From Centroscyllium fabricii (taxonomy: Eukaryota): DNA of 64,000 bases. Each line of letters opens with the position of its first letter. Position 1 is the stretch's first letter. The position numbers were made by a program, and so were the translations under genes. The notes beneath the pieces were generated by a model. It ran no database searches, had not been told where the DNA came from, and worked only from the letters and a program-made list of their open reading frames with translations. Positions 47,277-59,220 of this stretch are shown one piece after another. The DNA is taken from the NCBI GenBank assembly GCA_051313645.2, contig JBNRSN020000003.1, positions 178,746,001 to 178,810,000 of the forward strand, read 5' to 3'.

Positions 47277-47620
47277 CATAATGTGGAGGTGCCGGTGTTG
47301 GACTGGGGTGGACAAATGCAAGAAGTCACACAACACCAGATTATAGTCCAACAGTTTTATTTTAAATCACAAGCTTTCGGAGCTTTTGCCCCTTCGTCAG
47401 GTGAAAGAGAGAGACTGACTTAAAGAACGCACATATGTGATGATGGGAGAAATCCGATATCTCCCACATCTCACCTCAGCAGAGATAGACACACGAAGGC
47501 TTATTAACATATTTTAAGTGTTTCATTTATACATAGCATATATAGAGAGAGATAACAATGTGGTCTCTCCAGCTGTTTCACATCTCAGCTGAGGGACATC
47601 AAAGCAATCAAAGGTGTTCC
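47277..47620 (-). mobile_element. Penelope-type pLTR plus tail, single arm, intact hammerhead motif (~47367-47404)
   Basis: Same sequence as the 15.4-16.0 kb arms. The minus strand reads TCACCTGACGAAGGGGCAAAAGCTCCGAAAGCTTGTGA. Confidence 0.8.
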
Positions 47621-47796
47621 AACATATCAACATATGATCTCAGGCTGGCTTGGAGTTCTACTGCCATTTCTTTGTGCTGACTCTTTATAGACACATTCGG
47701 GGAGCTTTTATCACATGACCTCCAACCACCCCATCCAATTAAATAGCCTCCCCCATCTCAAATATTTTTACAACTAATAAACAAAAGTGTTCAAAG

Positions 47797-48400
47797 AAAT
47801 CAAATCAAATTATTTGTTACATGTACTAGAATACAACAAGCAATCTAGACAGTAAAATGCTTATTTTACAAGCCGAATGCACCGCACGTCCAGAGCCCGT
47901 AAGAAGGCAGCCACCTCACCAGCGCCATCATCATAGGTTCTGTTCCCGCACCGCTCCGGCCTCTCCTGCACTCAAAGTTCTTTTTCTTATTTCTTATTGT
48001 TCTTATTTTAAGTCCATCTTCCTGCTCCACAGTCCCCCGAATTCTCCTCCCGAACTCCTGGGCTCCGGGAAACACGTCCGAAGGCCAGGGGCCTACCTCT
48101 CGCCCCAACGCCCTGCCTGGTCCCTCCGAGCTCCAAAATCCAGGAGCCATGGCCGGAGGCCTGGGGCCTACCTCTCGGCCCGCCATGTCAGCGTCACTGA
48201 ACTCTTAGCTCCCAGCTCACCCCCGAGCGAGCGACTTTCCACATCTTCCATCTTGCCGTCCATGCCATCTGACATTCTGACTGGGCTCTCTCCCGGCATT
48301 CTACATGGCGGATGGAGCCCGATTTGGGGATTTAAGCTTCCCGCCAATGTTCGCTCACCTCCATGGTGGCTGGTACCGGAACCACTGATAAACAGAATTG
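47797..48400 (-). mobile_element. Non-coding retroposon with Rex1-like tail, related to 21209-21555
   Basis: Shares ACATGTACTA..AATACAA..CAATCTAGACAG.AAAATG..CCGAA.GCAC.GC..GAGCCCG.AAGA.G.CAGCCA..GCGCCATCATC; (ATTTG)n tail. The far boundary is uncertain. Confidence 0.5.
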
Positions 48401-48468
48401 TTTATATTCCTCCGATGAGTTTCCCCCCAGGTTGCATGCAGCAGTGTCAAGAATCTTTAATGTATGAA

Positions 48469-49261
48469 GGGAAAAATTTGGTATCGCCTATTTTGGTGCG
48501 CTAATATCGGCAGGGCGCAAAGTTCAGCGCCCGACGCTAATTATTGCCTCTGACAGCAAAATTCGTCTCTATCGCCCGTGGAGGTATTTTGAGCGCTAAA
48601 TCAGACGCTACACACCTCTCTTAAGGCGCAAACGTCAGGGAGCGAGGCGCTACTTCAGAATGCTATCAAAGCTCAGGCGATGTCAATTACCTTGGAAGCC
48701 CGACAGACTGGTGCCATCCAGTTTCTAAAGGGGAGGGGCCATCTTGCTGGCCAGCCACTCCTTGCTCATTGCAGCCTTGAATCTCGTCCTGGAGAGATCT
48801 CAAAAGTAATTGTGTTGGACGCACTAATGGATAGGCCCAGGGAAAGAGCTCAGTGCTTAAGAATCTCAAAAGTGGTATTGAGGGCCAAAACTCATTAGGA
48901 CAGCGTTAAAACCAAAAATTTTGCAAACAAGAAAAGGCAGGAAGTGCTCGCCTTTAAATAGCGCTCCCCAGCCCCCTCCTGACTTGAAAATGTTCCCCTC
49001 TACCTGTTGTTCCTAGCAGCAAGCGCTAAGGCAGCGGGCACGACTCAATATCCGGTCTGGGGCGCTACCGGGATATTGCACACTTGACTGACGTCACGAT
49101 CTGCGGTTGCAGGAGATCGTGGATGTAGTTTTTAGCACCGCCGCTAAACGACTGGTCAATTTTGCGAGCGGTGCTAAAAATCGCCATGCTTGGGCTCTAA
49201 GTTCCTAGTGCCCCCCAGGAGGCGCTAACGGGAGGCGCAAACCAATCAAATTCTGGCCCCC
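48469..49261. mobile_element. GC-rich MITE-like repeat with imperfect TIRs
   Basis: GGGAAAAATTTGGT..CGCC at the left end and GGCGCAAACCAATCAAATTCTGGCCCC at the right; many GGCGCTA/TAGCGC motifs. Confidence 0.45.
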
Positions 49262-51094
49262 GAAGAGTCTACGACAATCCTGGGAGGTTAGCACACCTAC
49301 CTGTGCCTGCTTTGCTGATGGTGCTATCTGACTCTCCTTGCACTCAATCGCTAACACAGACGCTGATGCCAGTTTATCCATTTATCCACGTCTTTGAGCC
49401 AAATACGGTTACGGAATAAAAACATATATATTATGATTGGTGCTTAGGCAAGCCTGAGGTTTCCGGACTCTCTCGGCTCTGCAGATTGGGTCTTGCAGCA
49501 ACTCAGGTTGCGCCTTTAACACAAATCCAGTTGCACCTTTGATGCAGAGGCAGTTTGCATTTGTAATATCCTCCAGATATAATAATGCAGCTAACTGATC
49601 TTCGCCGAATGACTTCATTGAGAAAATATCAAAATCATTTCATTCTGGATGGTTGTTTTGAATAAATAACATTCAAAAAAGTTATGCATTTCTTTGTAAT
49701 TTTAATTAGAATAAGAACTACACAACACAAGAATTTAACCCAAAGAGAAATTTAAGATTAATTGATAATGGGTATAATCTTGTCCAAAAACTGAGTGCAT
49801 ATAAAACCTGTCAAGACTTGTCAGATCACATGAAGAGCAACCGCTGTGTAAAATTTACCCTCAAGTGCTCCATTTTTGCTCACCAGACTGTGGTTAATGC
49901 TTGTTTTGTCCTGACTCTAGGTTTATTAATTGCTCATTTTTTTAATTGAGATAAATGGTACAGTACATCCAGTTTTAACAACTTTCCATACATCAGTAGT
50001 TTTACAAACGTCTTCTTGAATCCCCTGATTATTTCTCTAGTCAAAAACTATTCTGATATTTATACTTAATAGGACACATCTGCAAGTTAGTTCCCATTTT
50101 GTGGTTGGAGCAGTAGAGAATAATTAAATTATTATATATGTGAATACTTATAAAGTATAAGTAGTTTGTCGCTTAAATCTGGGATTCTCCCCTAGAGCTC
50201 TGACATTTCATGCATCATTGAAGTCTGATTTTATCCCACTCCACCATGCTTTTTATATTAATATGGCAATAACTTTGTTTTATACACTTCCAAAAAACGA
50301 GAAAAAAATATTCGACGCAGATACAGTAGTCATAGTTCATGAAGGGGTACTGTTATTATAAAATCATAAACTCAGCAACTTCTTATGAATTTTTGATAAG
50401 CATTGAGCTTAAAGGACCTAATTAACTTTGAAAATGCATCACCTTCAGGAGAAAAACAATTCTGTTTGTTTCTAAACTTGATGCAATTATGTAAATTATA
50501 TTGAAAACATTAAAGGTGATTCTCCCTCCATATAAAATCTCCGACCCACATTTGTGGCCACCCCCATGACATTATAGATCATCTCCTGTGGCTTCTCAAT
50601 TCAATCAAGGCTATTTCCAACCATTCCCATATATATCACCACGCAGACCCCACAATCTGACTTCAATCCCACTTCTTTCAGCACCACCCTATGGAAACAA
50701 CTCATCTTCAGTTACTTACAACTGCACTTTCAAACTCCCAACTAGAAACATAGAAACATAGAAGACAGGAGCAGGAGTAGGCTATTCGGCCCCTCGAGCC
50801 TGCTCCGCCATTCAATGTGATCATGGCTGATCATTCAAATTAAGTACCCTGTCCCTGCTTTCTCCCCATACCCCTTGATCCCTTTAGCCTTAAGAAATAT
50901 AGCCAACTCCTTCTTGAGTATATTTAATGAATTGGCTTCCACTGCCTTCTGTGGCAGAGAATTCCACAGGTTCACCACTCTCTGGGTGAAGAAATTCCTC
51001 CTCATCTCAGTCCTAAATGGCTTACCGCTTATCTTTATACTGTGACCCCTGGTTCTGGACACACCCACCATTGGGAACATCCTTCCTGCATCTA

Positions 51095-51193
51095 TGCCAA
51101 AAAGTCACACAACACCAGGTTTAAAGTCCAACCTGGTGTTGTGTGACTTTTTGCATTTGTCCACCCCAGTCCAACACCGGCACCTCCGCATTA
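51095..51193 (+). mobile_element. Very short Penelope-type inverted pLTR plus tail
   Basis: Hairpin AAAAAGTCACACAACACCAGGTT..AACCTGGTGTTGTGTGACTTTTT followed by the tail; TSD TTCCTGCATCTA. Confidence 0.75.
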
Positions 51194-51798
51194 TTCCTGC
51201 ATCTAGTCTGTCCAGTCCTGTTAGAATTTTATAAGTTTCAATGAGATCCCCTCTCGTTCTTCTATACTCCGGTGAGTACAAGCCCAATCGACCCAATCTC
51301 TCCTCATACGTCATTCCTGCCATCCCAGGTATCAGCCTGCTGAATCTTCATTGTACTTCTTCCATGGCAAGATCATCCTTCTTCAGATAAGGCAAACAAA
51401 ACTGCACACAATACTCAAGCTGTGGTCTCACAGGCCCTGTACAACTGCAGCAAAACATCCTTGTTCCTGTACTCAAACCCTCTCGCTACGAAGGCCAGCA
51501 TACCATTTGCCTTCTTGACCGCCTGCTGCACCTGCATGCTTACCTTCAGTGACTGGTGCACAAGGACGCCAGGTCTCGTTGCACTTCCTCTTCTCCCAAT
51601 CTATTCCCATTCAGATAATAATCTGCCTTCTTGTTTTTGCCACCAAAGTGGATAACCTCGCATTTATCCAAGTTATATTGCATATGCCATGCTTCTGCCC
51701 AATCACCCGACTTGTCCAAATCATACTGAAGTTTCTCGGCATCCTCCTTACAGCACACATGCCCACCCAGCTTTGTATCATCTGCAAACTTGGAGATA

Positions 51799-52565
51799 TT
51801 GGCCCAGAAATTCAGGTTGGAGGCTTGCCGCGTGTGCAAGCCTCCAACCTGCACTTACCTTGCACGCCGGCCGTCGAGCTGTGGGCCCGGCTCGAATTCC
51901 GATCCGGGGCCTGCTTCAACTGCCGGCGCGCTGTGCTCGCGCATTGCAGCGGCACAGATAGTGTGATGGGCCCTCTGGGATCACGTGGGCCATGGAGAGC
52001 CAATCGGAGCAGTGAATGTTCTATTCATAAGTTTGACAGGAAGAGCTGTGAAAACTATGAAAACTACAAGCACCAAAACATCACTGAAACATCAAATACA
52101 TTTTTTTTTAAATCACATTTTTTAAATTACTATAAATTACATTAAATAACAATTTTAAACAATAATTTTAATTTTTGAAATATTTTATTATTTTTCCTAA
52201 TGGGGTTAAAAATAAACTTACCTTTCTTTAAAGTTTTTAAAAATAATAAACCTGTGGAAATTTTTTTTTAATTTGAATTAATTCAGCATTTACCTTGTTA
52301 AAAGCAGGCCTTATGGCTTGCTTTTTTCGTTTCTAACTTTTTCTTACTTACCCGGACAGAAAATCCTGTAAAAAAAGCGCAAGTGCAATGCGTATATGCT
52401 GCCGCTCCCACGCACGTGTGTCACTTCATAACCCCTTAGTTCGGGGAACGGACGTGCTGGTTTCCCGCGCATGCGCAGTGCATGCAGGAAACTGGCACTT
52501 TGCAATGGCCTACGGGTGAGTACTCCGCCCATACTCATGCGTTCAGAGGTCAATTTCTGGGCCAA
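51799..52565. mobile_element. MITE with perfect 14-bp TIRs and TA TSD
   Basis: TA-TTGGCCCAGAAATT ... AATTTCTGGGCCAA-TA interrupts the CR1. GC-rich arms surround an AT-rich core. Confidence 0.8.
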
Positions 52566-53042
52566 TACATCTAGTTCCCTCGTCCAGATCATTAATATAT
52601 ATTGTGAATAGCTGGGTCCCAAGGACCGATCCCTGCGGTACTCCACTAGTCACTGCCTGCCGCTCGGAAATAGCGTCGTTTATTCCAACTCTTTGCTTTC
52701 GGTCTGCAAACCAGTTCTCTATCCAAGTCAATACCTTACCCCCAATCCAATGTGCCTTAATTTTACGCTAATCTGTTATGTGGGACCTTATCGAAGGCCT
52801 TTTGAAAGTCGAAGTACACCACATCCACTGGTTCTCCCTTATCTATTCTATCAGTTACATCGTCAAAAAATTCCAGTAGATTAGTCAAGCACAATTTACC
52901 TTTTGTTATTCCATGTTGACTTTGTCCGATCCGGCCACTGTTTTCCAAGTACTCTGCTATTACACCTTTTATAGTGGACTCCAGCATTTTCCCCACTACC
53001 GATGTCAGGCTTACCAGTCTGTAATTTCCCGTTTTCACTCTA

Positions 53043-53396
53043 CAGGTTGAGCTTTGTTAATCCGGTATGGTCGGGCCAGCACTGTGCCAAATTTGTGAAA
53101 TCGCTGAATGATTGAAGCTTTGGCGGCACATGCGCAGACCATTCAAAATGGCCACCGTGAAATTTTGAATGGTCTGCGCATGCATTCGCCGAAGCATCAA
53201 TCGTTCAGGGAGGCCCGGGCATGCGCAGCCAAGTGCGGCGGCCATGTTGCGCATGCACAGACCAGTCGGGGAGGCCCGGGCATGTGCAGCCATGCGCGGT
53301 GGCCATTTTGCGCATGCGCAGGGCAGTCGGGGAAATCTTTGCCGGACGTCTGAAGCTGCCGGTTTTTCGGGTGCCGGATTAACGGTGCCCAACCTG
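53043..53396. mobile_element. Tigger/pogo-like MITE
   Basis: TA-CAGGTTG..TTAATCCGG ... CCGGATTAA..CAACCTG-TA, inserted in the CR1. Confidence 0.75.
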
Positions 53397-54142
53397 TACC
53401 ACCTCTTTTGAACAGAGTGGTAACATTAGCTACCCTCCAATCCATGGGTACTATTCCAGAGTCTATTGAATTTTGGAAGATGACCAGCAATGCATCCACT
53501 ATTTCTAGGGCCACTTTCTTAAGTATCCTAGGATGTAGATTATCAGGCCCTGGGGATTTATCAGCCTTCAATCCCGTCAATGTTTCTAACACTATTTCCC
53601 TACAAATACTAATTTCAATCAATTCCTTCCTTTCATTAGACCCCATGTTCCCCGACATCTCGTAGAATCATAGAATCCCTACAGTGCAGACAGAGGCCAT
53701 TTTGGCCCATCAAGCCTGCACTGACACATATCCCACCCTATCCCCATAACCCCAATCTCTGGGAGGTTGTTTGTGTCCTCCATTGTGAAGGCAGAACCAA
53801 TGTATGTATTTAAATGGTCTGCCATTTCGTTGTTCTGCATTATAAATTCCCCTGATTCTGACTGCAATGGACCTATGCTTGACTTCACCAATCTTTTTCT
53901 CTTCACATATCTATAAAAGCTTTTACAGTCAGTTTTTATGTTCCCTGCAAGCTTACTCTCATACTCTATTTCCCCCCTCTTAATTAATCCCTTTGTCCTC
54001 CTTTGTTGAATCCTATGTAACCTTTGGGCCTCCTTTGCCATTATAACTCTGCAGCTGAGATTGTTCAACCACTCACTCACCTCTTAAAGCTTTGTCCCCA
54101 GCAAAACCTTCACTATCACCCATCCCTGTCATTTCCTCAGGT

Positions 54143-54395
54143 ATAGAAACATAGAAACTAGGAGCAGGAGTAGGCCATTCGGCCCTTCGAGCCTGTTCCG
54201 CCATTCAATGAGATCATGGCTGATCATCCAAACCCAGGACCCCGTCCCTGCCTTGTCCCCATATCCCTCTCGAGCCTGCACCGACACATACCCCACCCTA
54301 TCCCTGTAACCCCACATATTCAATCCCCCTAACACTAAAGGTCAATTTATCGTGGCCAATCAACCTAACTTCCTATCATGGCCAATCAACCTAAG
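54143..54395 (-). mobile_element. HE1-like SINE, 3' part (another short SINE piece at 53663-53755)
   Basis: Reverse complement of the 3' half of 59221-59620. Confidence 0.8.
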
Positions 54396-55209
54396 TATGG
54401 TACCAACTTCCATTCCCTCAAGTCCAAGGGGTACAAACTTGAGTGTACCTAACAAATAACTAGCTTAGCCATCCATCACCAGGACTGTCTGGACTATATC
54501 AAGCTCTACTGGGCCACACTTTCCTCTACCTAAACTATCTCGTACTTCAGGATCATCATGGAAGGCAAAGATAATCCCAGGCTCATTTCCTCTACTACTT
54601 CGACTGCTTCCTTAAACCCCTCATCTTTGCCTCTCTGTCCTCACCTTTAAAACAAATGTGAAAAGCTGATGGAATTTTTCATCAGCACGATTGAGAGCAT
54701 TTGTTCAGCTGCCTCTGCTGCCATCCAATTCCTTGCCCCCCCAAGTCAACCCCTCCAGCTCCCTCCTGCTCTAGCCCTGAACATCAGTATAGTTTCTGCC
54801 CAATCTCCACCTGTCCTGTCCCATCTCTAGTTCCTTTGGTTCCATTCCCACTGAACTCCTGACCACTCAACTTCTGTTCCTAGCTCCCATGCTAGCTCAA
54901 TGTAAATGGTTCTCTCTCATCAGGCACTGTCTCCTTCCATTTCAAAATCCTTGACCCCTCTGTCCTTGATAACTACTGCTCCATCTGAGTGTTGTGTAAT
55001 GAGGGAGGACTAATTAGCAATCTTGTGGTGAGAGACCCCTTGGGGAAGAGTGACCATAGTATGGTGGAGTTCTACATTAGGATGGAGAAGGAAACAGCTG
55101 ATTCAGAGACCATGGTCCAAAACTTAAATAAGGGCAACTTTGAAGGCATGAGGCGTGAATTGGCTAGGTTAGATAGGCAAACGATATTTAACAATGGCAG
55201 ACATTTGGA

Positions 55210-55342
55210 CATAATGTGGAGGTGCCGGTGTTGGACTGGGGTGGACAAATGCAAGAAGTCACACAATACCAGATTATAGTCCAACGGTTTTATTTTAAAT
55301 CACAAGCTTTCGGAGCTTCTGCCCCTTCGTCAGGTGAAAGAG
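55210..55342 (-). mobile_element. Penelope-type pLTR fragment plus tail, intact hammerhead motif
   Basis: TSD AGACATTTGGA. The minus strand reads TCACCTGACGAAGGGGCAGAAGCTCCGAAAGCTTGTGA. Confidence 0.8.
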
Positions 55343-55458
55343 AGACATTTGGAGATCACATGGATGAACTGCAACAATTGTACATCGCTGTCTGGCGTAA
55401 AAATAAAAAAGGGAAGGTGGCTCAACCATGGCTAACAAGGGAAATCAGGGATAGTATT

Positions 55459-55687
55459 TGATGTGACAAAAGCGACTTACACATCAAATACTTTAAGCAA
55501 AGCTTTAATCAGCTATTTACAGAGTTGAGAGTTTTAACATATTTACATAGGGAAGCATCATCTCAGACTGAATAGCAGCAGAATTTATACTACTACACAG
55601 GACGTGACATGTACAGGAAATGATGTCACTGGAAGTTCATAAGCAGAGTTCATCCGACTTCCTGCCGGAAGTCTCAATATCATTACA
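55459..55687. mobile_element. Solo LTR (229 bp)
   Basis: TG..CA ends and 5-bp TSD GTATT; it cleanly interrupts the CR1 frame. Confidence 0.7.
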
Positions 55688-57021
55688 GTATTAAAGCCAA
55701 GGAAGTGGCATACAAATTGACCAGAAGTAGCAGCAAACCCGGGGACTGGGAGAAATTTAAAACTCAGTAGAGGAGGACGAAGGGTTTGATTAAGGCAGGG
55801 AAAATAGAATATGAAAGGAAGCTTGCAGAGAACATTAAAGCTGACTGCAAAAGCTTCTATAGATATGTAAAGAGAAAGAGGTTAGTAAAAACAAACGTAG
55901 GTCCCCTGCAGTCAGAATCAGGGGAAGTCATAATGGGGAACAAAGAAATGGCAGATCAATTGAACAAGTACTTTGGTTCGGTATTTACTAATGAGGACAC
56001 AAACAACCTTCCGGACATAAAAGGGGTCAGAGGGCCTAGTAAAAAGGAGGAGCGGAGGGAAATCCTTATTAGTCGGGAAAATGTGTTGGGGAAATTGATG
56101 GGACTGAAGGCTGATAAATCCCCAGGGCCTGATGGTCTGCATCCCAGAGTACTTAAAGAGGTGGCCTTGGAAATAGTGGATGCATTGACGATCATTTTCC
56201 AACATTCCATAGACTCTGGATCAGTTCCGATGGAGTGGAGGGTGGCTAATGTAACCCCACTTTTTAAAAAAGGAGTGAGGGAGAAAACGGAATTACAGAC
56301 CGGTCAGCCTGACATCAGTAGTGGGCAAAATGATGGAATCAATTATTAAGGATGTCATAGCAGACCATTTGGAAAGTGGTGACATGATAGGTCCAAGTCA
56401 GCATGGATTTGTGAAAGGGAAATCATGCTTGACAAATCTTCTGGAATTTTTTGAGGATGTTTCCAATAGAATAGACAAGGGAGAACCAGTGGATGTGGTG
56501 TACTTAGACTTTCAGAAGGCTTTTGACAAGGTCTCACACAAGAGATTGGTGTGCAAAGTTAAAGCACATGGGATTGGGGGTAATGTGTTGACGTGGATTG
56601 AGAACTGGTTGGCACACAGGAAACCAAGAGTAGGAGTAAATGGGTACTTTTCAGAATGGCAGGCAGTGACCAGTGGGGTACCGCAAGTTTCGGTGCTGGG
56701 GCCCCAGCTGTTTACATTATATATTAATGATTTGGACGAAGGGATTAAATGCTGTATCTCTAAATTTGTGGATTACACTAAATTGGGAGGCAGTGTGAGC
56801 TGTGAGGAGGATGCTAAGAGGCTACAGAGTGACTTGGACAGGTTAGGTGAATGGGCAAATATATGGCAGATGAAGTACAATGTGGATAAATGTGAGGTTA
56901 TCCACTTTGGTGGTAAAAATAGAAAGACAGGCTATTATCTGAATGATGACAGATTAGGGAAAGGGGAGGTGCAACGAGACCTGGGTGTCATGGTACATCA
57001 GTCACTGAAGGTGGAAATGCA

Positions 57022-57952
57022 GATGACACTAAGCTGGGAGGGCGTGTGTGCTGCAAGGACGATACCAGGAAGCTCCAGGATGATTTAGACAGGTTGGGCG
57101 AGTGGGCCGAGACATGGCAGATGCAGTATAATGTGGATAAATGCGAGGTTATCCACTTTGGGGGCAAAAACAGAAATGCCGACTATTATCTGAATGGCAA
57201 TAGATTGGGAGAAGGGGAAGCACAACGAGACCTGGGTGTTCTTGTGCACCAGTCACTGAAGGTGAGCATGCAGGTGCAGCAGGCGGTTAAGAAGGCAAAT
57301 AGTATGTTAGCCTTCATAGCAAAAGGGTTTGAGTACAGGAACAGGGAGGTCTTGCTGCAGTTGTACAGGGCCTTGGTGAGACCACACCTTGAGTACTGTG
57401 TGCAATTTTGGTCTCCTTATCTAAGGAAGGACGTTCTTGCCATGGAGGGAGTGCAGAGAAGATTCACCAGGCTGATACCTGGGATGGCAGGATTGATGTA
57501 TGAGGAGAGATTGGGTAGACTGGGTTTGTACTCTCTGTAGTTTAGAAGATTGAGAGGGGATCTCATCGAAACGTATAAAATTCTAACTGGTCTGGACAAA
57601 CTTGTTGCAGGAAGAATGTTCCTGATGGTTGGAGAGTCCAGAACCAGGGGTCATAGTCTAATGATAAGGGGTAACTCATTTAGGACAGAGATGAGGAGGA
57701 ATTTCTTCACCCAGAGAGTGGTGAACCTGTGGAATTCTCTGCCACAGAGGGCGGTGGAGGCTAGTTCATTGAATATATTCAAGAAGGAGCTGGATGTATT
57801 TCTTAATGCTGGAGGGATCAAGGGATATGGGGAGAAGGCAGGGACAGGGTACTGAGTTTGGATGATCAGCCATGATCTCATTGAATGGCGGAGCAGGCTC
57901 GAGGGGCCGAATGGCCTACTCCTGCTCCTATCTTCTATGTTTCTATGTTTCT
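57022..57952 (+). mobile_element. Second, 5'-truncated CR1 inserted inside the first CR1
   Basis: The host reads ..GGAAATGCAG | GTACAGCAGGCAG... The insert restarts at ADDTKLG and ends with its own (TTTCTATG)n tail. Confidence 0.85.
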
Positions 57953-58460
57953 AGGTACAGCAGGCAGTTAAGAAAGCAAATGGCATTTTGGCCTACATAG
58001 CGAGGGGATTTGAGTACAGGAGTAGGGAGGTGTTGCTACAGTTGTACAGGGCCTTGGTGAGGCCACACTTGGAGTATTGTGTGCAGTTTTGGTCTCCTAA
58101 CTTGAGGAAGGACATTCTTGCTATTGAGGGAGTGCAGCGAAGGTTTACTAGATTGATTCCCGGGATGGCCGGACTGACATATCAAGAAAGACTGGATCAA
58201 CTGAACTTGTACTCTCCGGAGTTCAGAAGAATGAGGGGGGGTCTCATAGAAACGTTTAAAATACTGACGGGTTTAGACAGGTTAGATGCGGGCAGAATGT
58301 TCCCATTGTTGGGGAAGTCCAGAACCAGGGGTCACAGACTAAGGATAAGGGGTAAGCCATTTAGGACCGACATGAGGAGAAACTTCTTCACCCAGAGAGT
58401 GGTGAACCAGTGTAATTCTCTACCACAGAATGTTGTTGAGGCCAATTCACTAAATATATT

Positions 58461-58570
58461 CTTCGGATCAATTTAACTTCACTTTGCCTGAGGAAGGAGC
58501 AGCGCTCCAAAAGCTTGTGATTTAAAATAAAACTGTTGGACTATAACCTGGTGTTGTGTGACTTCTTACA
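58461..58570 (+). mobile_element. Penelope-type pLTR fragment, tail-less, with a mutated hammerhead core
   Basis: CCTGAGGAAGGAGCAGCGCTCCAAAAGCTTGTG (GAAA changed to AAAA); short repeat ATATTC at both junctions. Confidence 0.7.
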
Positions 58571-59220
58571 TATTCAAAAGGGAGTTAGATGTAATACTTA
58601 CAACTAGGGGGATCAAGGGATATGGCGAGAAAGCAGGAATGGGGTACTGATGTAGCATGTTCAGCCATGAACGTATTGAATGGCGGTGCAGGCTCGAAGG
58701 GCCGAATGGTGTACTCCTGCACCTATTTTTTATGTTTCTATGTTTCTATCTCCAACTTCCCTTTAGCAGAAAGTCTGTGAAGATGTTGTTGGTTTGTGCA
58801 CATCTCTTCAGCAACTCCTTTTTTGAATCCCTCCCACATCAACAAAATGGCCCTAACAAAAGTTACAAGGAACACTGTCTGTGTGTGACTGTGATGCATT
58901 ATCTCTCCTCATCCTCCCCAGTTGCTCTGCAGCCATTGACAGTGAACCACACTACCTAGCCTCCATTGTATAGCATCATGGGACTAGCCTCACTTAGTTC
59001 AACTCTTACCTATTTCAATCACAGACAGAGCATCTCTAGCAATGGATATTTTCCCCATCCCTGCACCATGATCTCTAAAGGATCCATTGTTGATAATAAA
59101 AATAGAAAGTGCTGGAAATCCTCAGGTCAGGCAGCATCTGTGGAGAGAGAAACAGAGTTAATGTTTCAGATCAATGACCTTTCTTCATAACTGCATATTC
59201 TTCTCTTCCTCATTCCTAAA

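Larger units (their letters stand above)
50743..54015 (-). mobile_element. CR1 LINE (RT to 3' tail) with four nested insertions
   Basis: [73 protein letters not shown]; (TTTCTATG)n tail. Confidence 0.9.
54989..58750 (+). mobile_element. CR1 LINE (endonuclease end to 3' tail) with nested insertions
   Basis: PLGKSDH, PWLT.EI, KSPGPDGLHPRVLKE, QHGFVKGKSCLTNL, VRPHLEYCVQFWSP, and tail. Confidence 0.9.

Noticed and set aside
47857-48504. 215-aa Pro/Ser-rich ORF
   Set aside because: It is antisense to a GC-rich retroposon body and has no domain signal.
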